A program made the translations under genes and the position numbers. 64,000 nucleotides of DNA from Phoronis australis (Eukaryota > Animalia > Phoronida): contig NMRA01000157.1 of NCBI GenBank assembly GCA_002633005.1, positions 122,331 to 186,330 on the forward strand, in the 5' to 3' direction. Positions 14,174 to 27,300 of the stretch are shown piece by piece. Position 1 is the stretch's first letter; each line of letters begins with the position of its first letter. The notes under the pieces are model-generated. The model had not been told where the DNA came from, did no database searches, and was given only the letters and a program-made list of their open reading frames with translations.

Positions 14174-16147
14174 TATAACCTAGCAACAAACTGCACTTGA
14201 AAAGTTAAATATGGATCATATCAATTAATTGCAAAACAAGACTTAACTATTTCTTATAACCTAATACACAGTCCAAACATGACACCCCACTATTCTAAAT
14301 ACAATAAATGTGCATTGCTTTTTTGTTGGATTTGGTAAGCAACTTCCAATTCCACAAAAATAACAAATACATGCAGTAGAAGTGGACTGCGGTTGATGAG
14401 AAAGAAACTACAGTAACAGCTCATAAGAATTGCGTTAATGTGAAAAGAACACTGTTAATAAGAACACCCGTGCTGTAAGACTGACAGCCCTGAATGAGGG
14501 CTCGATAGGTGAAAAACAATTTTCAAAGATATAATTAGCATTTCATCATCAAACATAACCTGCAGCCTGTTTTTGGTACCTTTTTGCTAACAAAAAATGA
14601 TATGAAGTATTTTGCCAGTTAACAAAGAAAGATATGTGCTGAATTCAGCATTTTTATTTCACGTCCTGCTTTTCCAAGTCTGTAAAATCATTAAAAATCA
14701 TATTTGAATCATACATATAGAAGAGGGAAGAACAAAAGAAGTTTCAAATAATGCATTTGATTTTCAAAATCAAAATCAACCTTTCAGTGGTCTCAATATC
14801 AGTCTCATAATATTCCTTACCGTGATAGAATGCTACTTCTATTACTAACAAGAACATCGAAACAATTAGCAACTCAAGAAAATGCTTCATAATTTATTGA
14901 ACAACCCTAAAGTTGCGTACCTATTGCTGGTAACTAGAGCTGCCAACATTGTATGAGTGTAGAGTTTAAAAACCCCAAAGCGTTTCAGTTAAGAATTCGA
15001 CACTGACAAGCTGAACATTAGCAAATGCCCCTTTGCATATCAAGAACATTTTAGTTATTTTGTTAACTTGAATTCTACTGTGTAGATGTTGTAAATTTGT
15101 ATGTGTAAAGTTTCACTTATTTCTAGCGCAGCAGTTTTGGCAATTATTTTTGTGCGAACAAAGAAAAGAATTACCGTTAACATGGCACCAAAGAAAATAT
15201 GTAATTTACGAAAAGAGTTAAACAAGTGGTACTCGTACATACTCTCGTGAGGATCCACAAGTTGATGCTCTTCGAGAATGCTTAACTTGCCGCTATTGTC
15301 CTTTTTACGGATGCCAAAAATAGACGGGAATCTCAAAGCATCAATTTGAGGGATACAAGTCCCTTCGTCCAGAATGCCAAGTGCCAGGCAGACGACCATA
15401 AGCCGACACTTCTTTTTGGATCTAAGCTACTCGGTACAGTACCCGTTTACTTGCAACTATGATACACTGAAACCTGGCTGCTTGAAATACTATCAAAATG
15501 ACGCCACCTCCACAGATAATATAACTACCCGGTACGTCTGCTAGCTGTACTACTCGAATGACCAATATCCCACAATCCTTTGAGTATATAATGTCTCTTG
15601 CTAATCGTAAGAATGTCAATTGTAGTACTTTTCCACTTAATCCACACAAAAATTGACACAATGGTCGTTTTTTCATTTTTCAATGGTTGGTTATCTTTTC
15701 TCAAATAATGAGAACTTTAGCTAAAGTTGTTTTATGAAATCTACACACTTCAAGCCATGCTTGTAATTGATAAAATTCATTCTTTACTTTTGTGAAGAAA
15801 TTCAGCGAAGCAGAATTTCACTTGATGGCCATATCGTGTCGAAAACAGGTGAAGAATTAACGCACTAAATGAAGTTGTTGGCTGTAGGTAGAGAATGCTG
15901 TGATATTTTCTGTTTCAACAGAAAAGTCAGTAAATGATATGAAGAATTATTGCTTTAAAACCGACTCTTAGAAAGGGAAAGCAATTTGAGTTTACAAGGA
16001 GAAATTGTTCTGAAGTAGCAATTCCAACCAAGAATTTTAAACTTAATCTGCTATGACTCACACCATGTTCTCACACAACCAGAATGTCAACTGACATGGT
16101 TGGATTTTCTGGCGTGTAGACACTGCCAGGTAGGGCTTGTGAACATA
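14174..16147 (+). repeat. About 2-kb direct duplication, copy 1
   Basis: Nearly identical to 16823-19268 apart from scattered substitutions, small indels and the MITE inserted in copy 2. Confidence 0.95.
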
Positions 16148-16564
16148 CCGTAATCGTTCGGGTTAACGCCCATGCTCAGTTAACCGCCCACCCCCTACTT
16201 TAGGTGAATTTCGATTTAACCGCCCACTGCTCGGTTAACCGCCCCCCTGCTATTTTTGAAGATTTCCAATTAACCGCCCACTGCTCGGTTAACCGCCCAT
16301 CCCCTACTTTTGACGATTGGTGATTACCGCCCTGTGCTAATAGGAAACGCGAATCCCCGACCTTTTAGATTAAGATCGATGATAACATTGAGTGCAACGA
16401 CGGCCTCAGAGACCGCGGTTTAGCAATGTGAATTATGATACCAGTAACAAATTATTGTAACGGGTCATCGATTAACTTCAAAATGTAATACTTGAACACT
16501 TTGTCACTTTCTTTTCTTCTCATGTTCGCAAACTTTAGGAACCGCGCTGGCGTCTACACCTCCA
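16148..16564 (+). mobile_element. Left end of a TA-inserted (Tc1/mariner/pogo-like) element, truncated by the gap
   Basis: Begins TA|CCGTAATCGTTCGGG, with repeated TTAACCGCCC subterminal motifs. It is absent at the matching TA in duplicate copy 2 (19267-19268). Confidence 0.6.
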
Positions 16565-16822
16565 NNNNNNNNNNNNNNNNNNNNNNNNNNNNNNNNNNNN
16601 NNNNNNNNNNNNNNNNNNNNNNNNNNNNNNNNNNNNNNNNNNNNNNNNNNNNNNNNNNNNNNNNNNNNNNNNNNNNNNNNNNNNNNNNNNNNNNNNNNNN
16701 NNNNNNNNNNNNNNNNNNNNNNNNNNNNNNNNNNNNNNNNNNNNNNNNNNNNNNNNNNNNNNNNNNNNNNNNNNNNNNNNNNNNNNNNNNNNNNNNNNNN
16801 NNNNNNNNNNNNNNNNNNNNNN
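16565..16822. other. Assembly gap
   Basis: Run of N. Confidence 1.
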
Positions 16823-19268
16823 TATAACCTAGCAACAAACTGCACTTGAAAAGTTAAATATGGATTATCTCAATTAATTGCAAAACAAGACTTAACTATT
16901 TCTTATAACCTAATACACAGTCCAAACATGACACCCCACTATTCTAAATACAATAAATGTGCATTGCTTTTTTGGTGGATTTGGTAAGCAACTTCCAATT
17001 CCACAAAAATAACAAATACATGCAGTAGAAGTGCACTGCGGTTGATGAGAAAGAAACTACAGTAACAGCTCATAAGAATTGCGTTAATGTGAAAAGAACA
17101 CTGTTAATAAGAACACCCATGCTGTAAGACTGGCAGCCCTGAATGAGGGCTCGACAGGTGAAAAACAATTTTCAAAGATACAATTAGCATTTCATCATCA
17201 AATGTAACCTGCAGCCTGTTTTTGGTACCTTTTTGCTGACAAAAAATGATATGAAGTATTTTGCCAGTTAACAAAGAAAGATATGTGCTGAATTCAGCAT
17301 TTTTATTTCACGTCCTGCTTTTCCAAGTCTGTAAAATCATTAAAAATCATATTTGAATCATACATATTGAAGAGGAAAGAACAAAAGAAGTTTCAAATAA
17401 TGCATTTGATTTTCAAAATCAAAATCAACCTTTCAGTGGTCTCAATATCAGTCTCATAATATTCCTTACCGTGATAGAATGCTACTTCTACTACTAACAA
17501 GAACATCGAAACAATTAGCAACTCAAGAAAATGCTTCATAATTTATTGAACAACCCTAAAGTTGCGTACCTATTGCTGGTGACTAGTGTTGCCAACATTG
17601 TAGGAGTGTAGAGCTTAAAAACCCCGAAGCGTTTCAGTTAAGAATTCGACACTGACAAGCTGAACAGAAGCAAATGCCCCTTTGCATATCAAGAACATTT
17701 TAGTTATTTTGTTAACTTGTATTCTGCTGTGTAGATGTTGTAAATTTGTATGTGTAAAGTTTCTCTTCAGGCCTTTATGCAGCCTATGTCCTAGAACTAA
17801 TCTGGACACCCTGGCAAGGACGCCCAATGTATCATTTGGACGTCCATTGTCAATAGGAACCTTTCAAGTTTGGACTCACACATTGTAATGAACACTAGGA
17901 AGCCTCTGAAGGCTCACATTGGGGGCTTTTTTTCAAAGCAGGAAGAAATATACAATGTATATACAAAGTATATACATTGTTGCTATTTTGACACTTGATT
18001 GACAGCATTGCAAAAGTCTTGGTCTACACATTTTTTTTAGTAAAAACGCTCACCATAGAAGGCTGTTTAATAACCTTAGATGTAAAAACCTTGATCTATG
18101 CATTTTTTGTAAAAAATCTGTGTTTGGGGGTATTGCTGGGGGTGGGGGGTTACGCGTCAGAATCATGGACGCCCTGGAATATTGGGAACCCCATTTTGGA
18201 CACCCTATTTTCAAAATCATGGATAAAGGCCTGTTTCTCTTATTTCTAGCACAGCAGTTTTGGCAATTATTTTTGAGCGAACAAAGAAAAGAATTACCGT
18301 TAACACGGCACCAAGGAAAATATTATGTAATTTACGAAGAGTTTAACAAGTGGTATTCATACATACTCTCGCAAGGATCCACAAGTTGATGCTCTTTGAG
18401 AATGCTTAACTTGCCACTATTGTCCTTTTTACGGATACCAAAAATTGACGGGAATCTCAAAGCATCAATTTGAGGGATACAAGTCCCTTCATCCAGAATG
18501 CCAAGTGCCAGGCAGACGACCATAAGCCGACACTTCTTTTTGGATCTAAGCTACTCGGTAGTCGGTACAGTACCCGTTTTCTAGCAACTATGATACACTG
18601 AATATCTGGCTGCTTGAAATACTATCAAAATGACGCCACCTCCACAGATAATATAACTACGTCTGCTAGCTGTACTACTCAGATGACCAATATCCCACAA
18701 TCCTTTGAGTATATCATGTCTCTCGCTAATCGTAAGAATGTCAATTGTAGTACTTTTCCACTTAATGCACACAAAAACTGACAAAATGGTCCTTTTTTCA
18801 TATTTCAGTGGTTGGTTACCTTTTCTCAAATAATGAGAACTTAAGCTAAAGTTGTTTAATGAAATCTACACACTTCAAGCCATGCTTGTAATTGATAAAA
18901 TTCATTCTTTACTTTTGTGAAGAAATTCAGCAAAGCAGAATTTCACTTGATGGCCATATTGTGTCGTAAACAGGTGAAGAATTAACACACTAAATGAAGT
19001 TGTTGGCTGTAGGTAGAGAATGCTGTGATATTTTCTCTTTCAACAGAAAAGTCAGTAAATGATATGAAGAATTATTGCTTTAAAAACGACTCTTAGAAAG
19101 GGAAAGCAATTTGAGTTTACAAGGAAAAATTGTTCTGAAGTAGCAATTCTAACCAAGAATTTTAAACCTAATCTGCCATGACTCAGTGTTCTCACACAAC
19201 CAGAATGTCAACTGATATGGTTGGATTTTCTGGCGTGTTGACACTGCCAGGTAGGGCTTGTGAACATA
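16823..19268 (+). repeat. About 2-kb direct duplication, copy 2 (possibly the alternative haplotype)
   Basis: Starts right after the gap and repeats 14174-16147. Confidence 0.95.
17768..18233 (+). mobile_element. hAT-like MITE family A, full copy
   Basis: TIRs CAGGCCTTTAT / ATAAAGGCCTG, perfect 8-bp TSD TTTCTCTT. The empty site (TTTCACTT) is present in duplicate copy 1 near 15111. Confidence 0.92.
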
Positions 19269-20009
19269 ATAGATTGTCAGGTGTGGAGAACACTGCTACA
19301 CATTGCTTGTGAATAAACGACAGCCAGGCATGGAGAACACTATAAAATCAGGTTTTCTCACATGACCTGGAATGTGTTACGACACCACTGGTTAATAACA
19401 CCGAGTACGTAACTTTTTGATATTACATGGGCGAATCACAAAGTAGTGCAAAGTAGAAATCCATACACCTTACATTTTATTGTCTGCAAAACACTAAAAC
19501 AACCAAACGCGCGCCAACCTAACAATGCCTGAATTCCGAGAAGGTGACAAGGTTATGATTGACAAATCGGTTGTCGCAACTGTACGTACTCCCAGTCGGA
19601 AGGACATGCAAACAATTTCTTAAACAGACCCAACTTCGGTGGCGAATTCCATATCCACGTTCATTCAAACGGAGACGAGCCCCAACTCAAGAAAGGTGGG
19701 AGACTGTCTAGCTGTGCCGTCTCAAGGTCAATTCAGTGCTCACACATGGGGAAATCTTGCGGACTATTATTATAAATATTTTTTAAGTTTTAATATTACA
19801 AATTCAAAGACTATTTATTAGGTTCTATCTTGAATATTTGTTACAAAAACTGAATGCAATTTAAATTAAACCTATTAACAAAAAGTAACTGAATTACTTT
19901 ACGTAGTGCAAGCGTGTTTTTACAAAAGTTGCATCGTGTGGTTTGAAAGTTTTAGACACATCAAGTTTTCCACCAAAAAAGATCGTTTTTATGGTTCATG
20001 TGAGAAAAT

Positions 20010-20139
20010 GAATTCTACACTCGTCTCAGCTATATGACATGGGCAAAACTTCTCGGAAATTTCGTCAAAATCCCAAGATTTTGACAAAAATTCCAAGAGG
20101 TTTTGCCCAAGTCATCAACCTGAGACTCGTGTAGGATTC
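20010..20139. repeat. Hairpin-forming palindromic MITE
   Basis: About 60-bp imperfect inverted arms around ATCCCAAGAT. Confidence 0.7.
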
Positions 20140-23100
20140 TCTATTAATCAGCAAGTGTTGAAAATACATGTAGCCAAAAACTGAGAGGAAACAGATCTTA
20201 CAAACAGCAACCCTCTCAACGAAATGCGAACTCTACGTCAATACCAAATACAAAAATCAATAGAGGATGATGTACATAATGATATATGTTTCTTATCAAA
20301 GGAAATCGACCACTGGACAGATACAGTAAATTTTCTCCCGTTTGGGACAGTCTCTAAAATTTCGAACACAGCAATTCAGTTCAAAATTGAATTCTTGATT
20401 CTGAAGATTGGAACAGATGCAATTTTGGCATTCCTTATATTTCTCAGACACTGCATTTTGCAGATCGACAGTTTGAACAATCGTTCCTTGAATCTGGGGC
20501 AGTCAACATAGCCTATCTAAAATTTGGCACAAGCAAAATAATTAATTTTCACTGTCCCAAATGGAGAATTTTTACATACCTACTTTCTCCTTTAAGGTTA
20601 TGCCTGAACATGTCTCAGAAATGACCGATTGATTTCATACCGAAGTGTCAGATACAATGTTTTTTATCTACCGTTCTCCGAAACGTTTTTTAGAGATTGT
20701 TATTATAACGTTCCACTTTTGCAAGAGGGGCTACCAAAATATAAGTCATTTACGATTATCACGAAAAAACAAAAGTAGCACAACACAAAAACAGAATACC
20801 ACAGTAAAGTTTCCAAAAAATTTGAACAAAATAATGGTTGAAATTGTCACTTTGCTATTTTTCAAATGCTTGCTGTATAGCCAAAAATGTTGAGTTTCAT
20901 TGTGTGCTTGTTGATGACAGTCGCACTACATATAGTTTTCAATAACTATTCATTTTAATGAAATAAAATTTTATTTAAAGTTTCGCCATATTGTGTTCTA
21001 ATTCAAAAAAACTTTACAGTAACTTAAATAGCTGTAACAGCGATTTTGAGATTTCACCTTAGACAATCAAATGAAACTTGGTGATGTTATTGATGAGGTT
21101 GGTTTGCTATGAATATACACTTTCAAGATTCAATACATAGCCATTTTCCGATAAGATAAAAGCAATAAAAGCGGCATGATGATGAAAGATGCCTCCTCTC
21201 TAGAATGCAGTTACATAAGTTGGTGGACATCCATCTTATAGGGGATTAACAGCACTTGGCATTTTCCAGTGACTGTATAAATTCTGTGTAAATATCATGC
21301 AGTCAAACTGGCACTGATGAACGGCAGGATATCAAAAAAATTACAAAAAAGTCTGTCTCAAAATATTCATGAAGAAATTGCCACATGTCCCTCTTAACAC
21401 AGCCCATCCTGCACACTAGAATTTGAGACGCTTTTCTGCTCATACACAACCAAATAGTTTTGTACTTCCAACTGAAGTTATAGTAGCGTGACTAATTTTT
21501 ACGAAAATACAATGATAGGGGAGACACTGTAGGGTATGCAGAATAATCGTTAGTTGAACGCAACCCCCTCCCCACCCACCTAAAACTGTAATGAGCAGAA
21601 GGTTGAATAAATGACAGAGTTAATCCTTACTCAGACAAATCTTTGGAACATAACTAGTCATGATAGCAGATTAAAACAATCCTTCATAATAAGAGGATTG
21701 TACGGATAACATAGATTTTTATCAAAGCTAGAAGCTCAAGCTAAAACTTGTATCAAAGCATGCATGACATAGCACCACTCAATGTCCAAACTATTCCACC
21801 TCTGTGAGACAAATCGTGTTGTCACACTGTCTCTGGAACATAACCATTGGCTATTATGTTACTAGACTGAATTTGAAAGATATTTTTGGTCATCGAAAGA
21901 GTGAGAACTGAGAAGTCGCATGTACTATGACAGCCTCACAACAGGACACGCGATAATGTGTAGTAATTTTTCATTTGAAGGGAAAAGAAACAGCCCTGGC
22001 AATCCAAAATGTCATGATGAGCATTGACACGTAATCCTGCATAGTAACACACTTGCATGGATGACACCTCTCACTGTTCTCGTCTCGGGACCACCAGAAT
22101 TATAGAATACAGTGGATGTACCCAAAAACAGGTAGAATAAAAATTGCAGGTAGCCAATGGTACTCGCGATAACGCATTTTCAAATCAACCCTGGAACATC
22201 CAATCATGGAGTACAGATGCTAAAGAGATATTCACCAAACGCTTTGGTCGTATAAAGTTTCCGATAAAAATCAGACAAGTTTTTGGCAAAAAATTGACAT
22301 ATTGAGCGATTATCAAAAGGCGAGTGCAGACACGAAGCCGTCATCAAAAATCCCAATTGAACCTATAAAAATCGCCCCATCACGCAAGGTATTAGAATTG
22401 AAACTCAATCAGATCATTCAAGCACTGACACCGCGATATGTGACAAAGGTATTAATGTCACCCAAAAATTGTTCTTTAATGTTTCACGGCTATAACGACT
22501 AAGATGAAAATTACCCTGCAAAGGTTTAATGTCCAAGCAATTCTCAGTTCTTAACAGAAACTAGTGCTTACAACCAGGACAAGGTGCCTAGCTGAGACTA
22601 TACAGTAAGTTTGTATGCCATCACAGTGGCTTCTGTCTGAGACAGACCCAAGGGTGAAGAATGGACGTATTGTAAACATTGTCTGAGGTTTTCCACAAAA
22701 CCTACCACTGACCAACTACCTCATGAACTTTTTGACTGAAACAGTTATCTTAATAATCAAACAAAGGGCAACCAACAAAGGTGGAGTGAATATCTCGCGC
22801 TACATTTAATCTGAAGAAAGCCACACACTCTAATCTACCTGACCATAAGAAATCAGGAAGGGCCCCTAAAAATGGGTTCATCCTGGAATTCAGGGCATCC
22901 AAATTGAGATTCCCAATATCTCATGGCATCAGTTGAGAAGCTGAAGCTTCATCAAACATCCAATTTATTATTCACAAATAAATGTTTCCATGCATCGTCT
23001 TATAGGTCCAATCAAATGGACAAAATCCGTTGAGCATTCCCATCACAGAGCCAAATTGCATTGTGGCATCCACAGGTGCCATACTGCCTAGCCAGTCCCT

Positions 23101-24229
23101 ACCCCAATCTTAAATGCTTTCCAGTGATGTGTTCCTGCAAAGCCCATCAATCATGGATTCATATTGTAGCTGGGTGCCAGTAGCCAGTGTTCATATTTGG
23201 GGTATTTCCATCGTCAGCACATTAAGTGAATCTTACACGCTACCAGTTACACAGTACCCTACCCTTGATACAAAATTAAATATACAGCTTTGTAACGATG
23301 GTCATTAGCTCTAAAATGACGAATTAGGTTTTCTGATGAGGTGATAAGCAGAACTACCCAGGAGGTGTGTGATACACGCATCACTCCCTAGCACATTTGA
23401 CACTGGTCTTCATACATCTAACTCACCTGCTCAAAAGTCTTCCACCTTAATTTAACTACTCAGACAGCAGAATCAAGCGAGTACATTACATTTAACCAAA
23501 GAAAAGTCACACACGCACACGCACACACACTCTCAAAGATTTTCCATAGACGGGTAATCAGGCCTCGATTTGGAGACCTGCAGGGCAATATTAGTACTAG
23601 TAGTCGCATACACGGATACCGTACTTTGAGAGGCAGTTCGATGTCTGTTATTAAATGGAGGTTCTCAAAATGCAGGATCTGTACAAGTGGCTATTATCTA
23701 TTATTATGAAGCTTGTCAATGTGACCTCAGATTTTGTTTGACAACTTGCTGATAATTCCTAGTGGCCACGAAGTCGCCAGAATTGTGCACACATCTGAGC
23801 ACACGCTCAAAATGATACAGGAAACAAACAGACAGGAGTCAAAATTGTCAGAATAAAACTGGAAAGGTCGTTCAAGACGATTACACAGACGTGTCCTCGT
23901 GGTGTGCCTCTCCTTGAGGTAGAACCACAGCCTGAAACCCTAGGATGGTATAATGATAGGGAAACCTACCATTACTCGAAGTAGACAATATACTCTCAGT
24001 TTTCTGTTTTTAAACTAAAAACCCAACCAAAGTGTTTTTGGGTGTTGCAGCAGACATTTGCCTGTTGCCCTGCTTTTCAACTCAGATCACTCCAAACCAA
24101 GAGTGCTTTGAGGTGGGGTTTCATTGTTTTGATGAAATCAATTCCTATGTGGTGACCAGGGAATTTCGTCAAACCACATTTGCTGAATGTTCGTCAAGGT
24201 CAAGCCCCAGGCCGAGCTATACTAGGGCA

Positions 24230-24348
24230 CTGGTCGGATATAGTGGTCCTTGATTTAGGGTACCAGGCAATCACTGAACAACGGGCCCGTGACTTAGTGA
24301 ATGAAACTGGTTCTCTAAATCAGGGACCATGCACTAATATCTGACCAG
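24230..24348. repeat. Imperfect palindrome, with a partial second copy at about 24500-24595
   Basis: Inverted arms centred on ACGGGCCCGT. Confidence 0.55.
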
Positions 24349-27300
24349 GTCATTGGCAGTGCTCGATATTAGTGATAGCATAGGAAAGTTTAGTGACCAG
24401 GCTGCCAGGATGTAGAAATGAAATTGATTCGTAGGCACTGGCCGGACACAAATGTTGTATTACTGCACAGGTTCACTAGTTATGCGGATTACAACATAAA
24501 GAACCAGACAATCACTGAATAACGGCCCTATCGTTCAGAGGACGAAACTGGTTCGTGGTTCTCTAAACCAGGGACCGCTGGTTCTGTATCCGATCGGAAA
24601 CTCAGCCTCAGGAAACTGGGTTGGAAATGTTGGACGTCATCTATAACGCACATTTAATCACAGAAAAATATCAAAATGCTCACTGAAATTCAACTAAAAC
24701 AAAACAAAACATGTCACACTCCATGTAATATGGAGCTTTTTCAGGACACATACCTAAATGGTGGAATATCAAGTGAAACAAGTGACAGATTTCGCCATCC
24801 GAGATGTAAATATTTGTTCTTACATTACATGGTGGGCATGCGCAAACAGAAATTTGAACTTCGTTACCAAAAGAGCACAATTGATTGCTACTGACACCTA
24901 TTGAATGAAAGGAACCGGTTTGGCAAGAACCAGAAACCGAGCGGTCGCGTTCATCATAATGCCGTAGGAAGCAGGGTGCCTCCCAATAATTTGCTAAGTA
25001 ACGGTGATGCCCATGTAACTTCATTTTTTGCCATACTTCTGAAAAAAGTTCGCAGAAAATTTTCATTCGCGCATAACCCACTCCTGACTGGCCTGGCGAC
25101 AAACTACTATCAGACCTGTAGGGGTCTAATGCAAAGCTCCTTTCCCCGGTCCAGGGACTTCTTTGTGACAAAAGAAACAGATGTAACTCTTTTCCCGTTT
25201 CTTGAAACTATACATTGTCATTGTGTCAGAATCGGAGAGTGACCCTCTAACAATTCCGTCAGATCGTTTCATAAACTAAGATCCCGGCTTCAGTCGATCG
25301 CGGGTGGCATCCATATGGCCACTCTAGGACGGCCCTTAGATGAAACCAATTGTCACCCTCCTCCTATACAGCATGGAGGACCCCCCACTGGTAATTAGCC
25401 CGGCGTTGCCACCGCCTGTCAACTGTTCACGCAGGGTTCCGTTGGCTAAAAAAACACATAAAGTACATCGTCCATGCAAAGCACCGCATTATCACTGTAA
25501 ACTAGCATCACAAAACAATAAAAAATGTACTATTTCAAAGCTAATGCAATTGACCGGAATGATGGAAATGTTCAGTTTGACACTGAAGCACTCCTTTACA
25601 GTGGCATTTTGCCAGGTATGTTTAGGTGGCTGAGAACAACATCCTAACATGTTAACAACAGAATTCCGTTCACAAAAACGTAACCAAAACCATAAGCGAC
25701 TTAAAAAACGTCTCAGAGAGCGTTTTATTGGGATGGCATGACAACCTAAAATTCATCCGTGCCGGAAATTCGAAACTGGCGCATGTGCGCTGTGCCTGTG
25801 ACTTGAGTTGGTAGCCGGGAAAAAATCCTCTCGCGAAAAGGAATATCATGAGATCGATGTTATGAGAATAAAAAGCCGAATTCTATTCTCGTTTTATATC
25901 CAATTGAACAAGGCGAAATGCAGCTCTAAGTAAAAGTGAAAGTCTTACTTTTAAACTGTAACACCTGCTGCTGGAATGGAACAGAATTCCCGTCAGCTCC
26001 TATAATTTCTAAAAAAAACGTTTGAGCAGACCTCCCTTTGGACAACTCTGTCTCCCCATGCTCTCCCGGTGCCCTTCCTATACTGGAAACACGCCACGCG
26101 CCTTCTAGATAGGCTTGCCTAAAATTTTTACCTGTGGAACCCCGAATGCACCGACATATGTGTCTTTATTTTGTAAACCACACAGCTCAATGTGTCTTTT
26201 AGTTTTCTGCAACTAATTCCCAATTAATTTAGATAATTAACAGAATTCATGTAATCTGATATTTGATAGCACGTTTTCCTTGAGACATATTTTAGAAACA
26301 AAGACAGACCATTAAGGCTGCTTTAAGCCAGTGGAATTTGATTTTAGGAAGAAATTTTTTGTTGACATTTATATACAGTGTATATATTATGAAATTTTTG
26401 TACTACAGGAGAGAATAAATGGTTTTAAGGTAAAGAATATTTGTAAAACGAAACCAAAAATTGATGGTGCAAAGTTTCAGAAAGATGATTGAGTATTTCA
26501 TTCAATTTTAACTCTTACACGTAGAAATCAAAAAGTTCGCCCCACTAATTTGTCTCAAACTTTCACTTGCCATGATACCAGTTGGTTTCTACTGTCATTT
26601 TTTTACGGTCAAACTGGCTTGAAGGGTCACCTACGATTGAATTAGATATGCTACGGTTACCCTACCTCGCAAATTTGCAAGCTTTTTGGCTCTCTCTTTA
26701 CTTGCTGATGCGTGGTAAGTTTAGCGATGGCAATCATCTTTATCATGCGTGTGGAAAGGTTTGAGATATCGTTTGCGTTACTGAATCCGTAATTTTAGGG
26801 TCGGCGAACCTTAATAAACTCTGAAGTGTTTTCTTGAGTCGCTGATAGTTTGCCGGCTGTGTTCTGGCTAGTAACGGAAATAGAATCCTATCACGATGCT
26901 GCAGCGTTTTGTTAGAGAGCACGGAACAATGTTACCTGCATAATAATTTGTTAATACTGTATCGCACCTTTAAGTAAACGCTATTTTTGTCACTTCTTGA
27001 ATCGAGTTTTTCCAAAAACTCATCCAGCTGACTTTAACAAATAACAATGAACAGTCCTAACGAGTACCAACAGGGCAAACAAGAGATTTGTTGAAACATC
27101 ACACGGTTAAACACATGATTTTAGCCTGCTATACTTTGATCGTTAAGTTGCTAACATGCTACGATATACTTTAATTTGCATAAGTCTTTGAGAAAGTAAA
27201 TTATGGGGTTCTAGATCGTAATCTTTTGAAAAGCCAATAAAGACACAATAAAACCTAGCACCCAACTTACTTAAATGTTCTTGGCATAACGCCTAAAACG

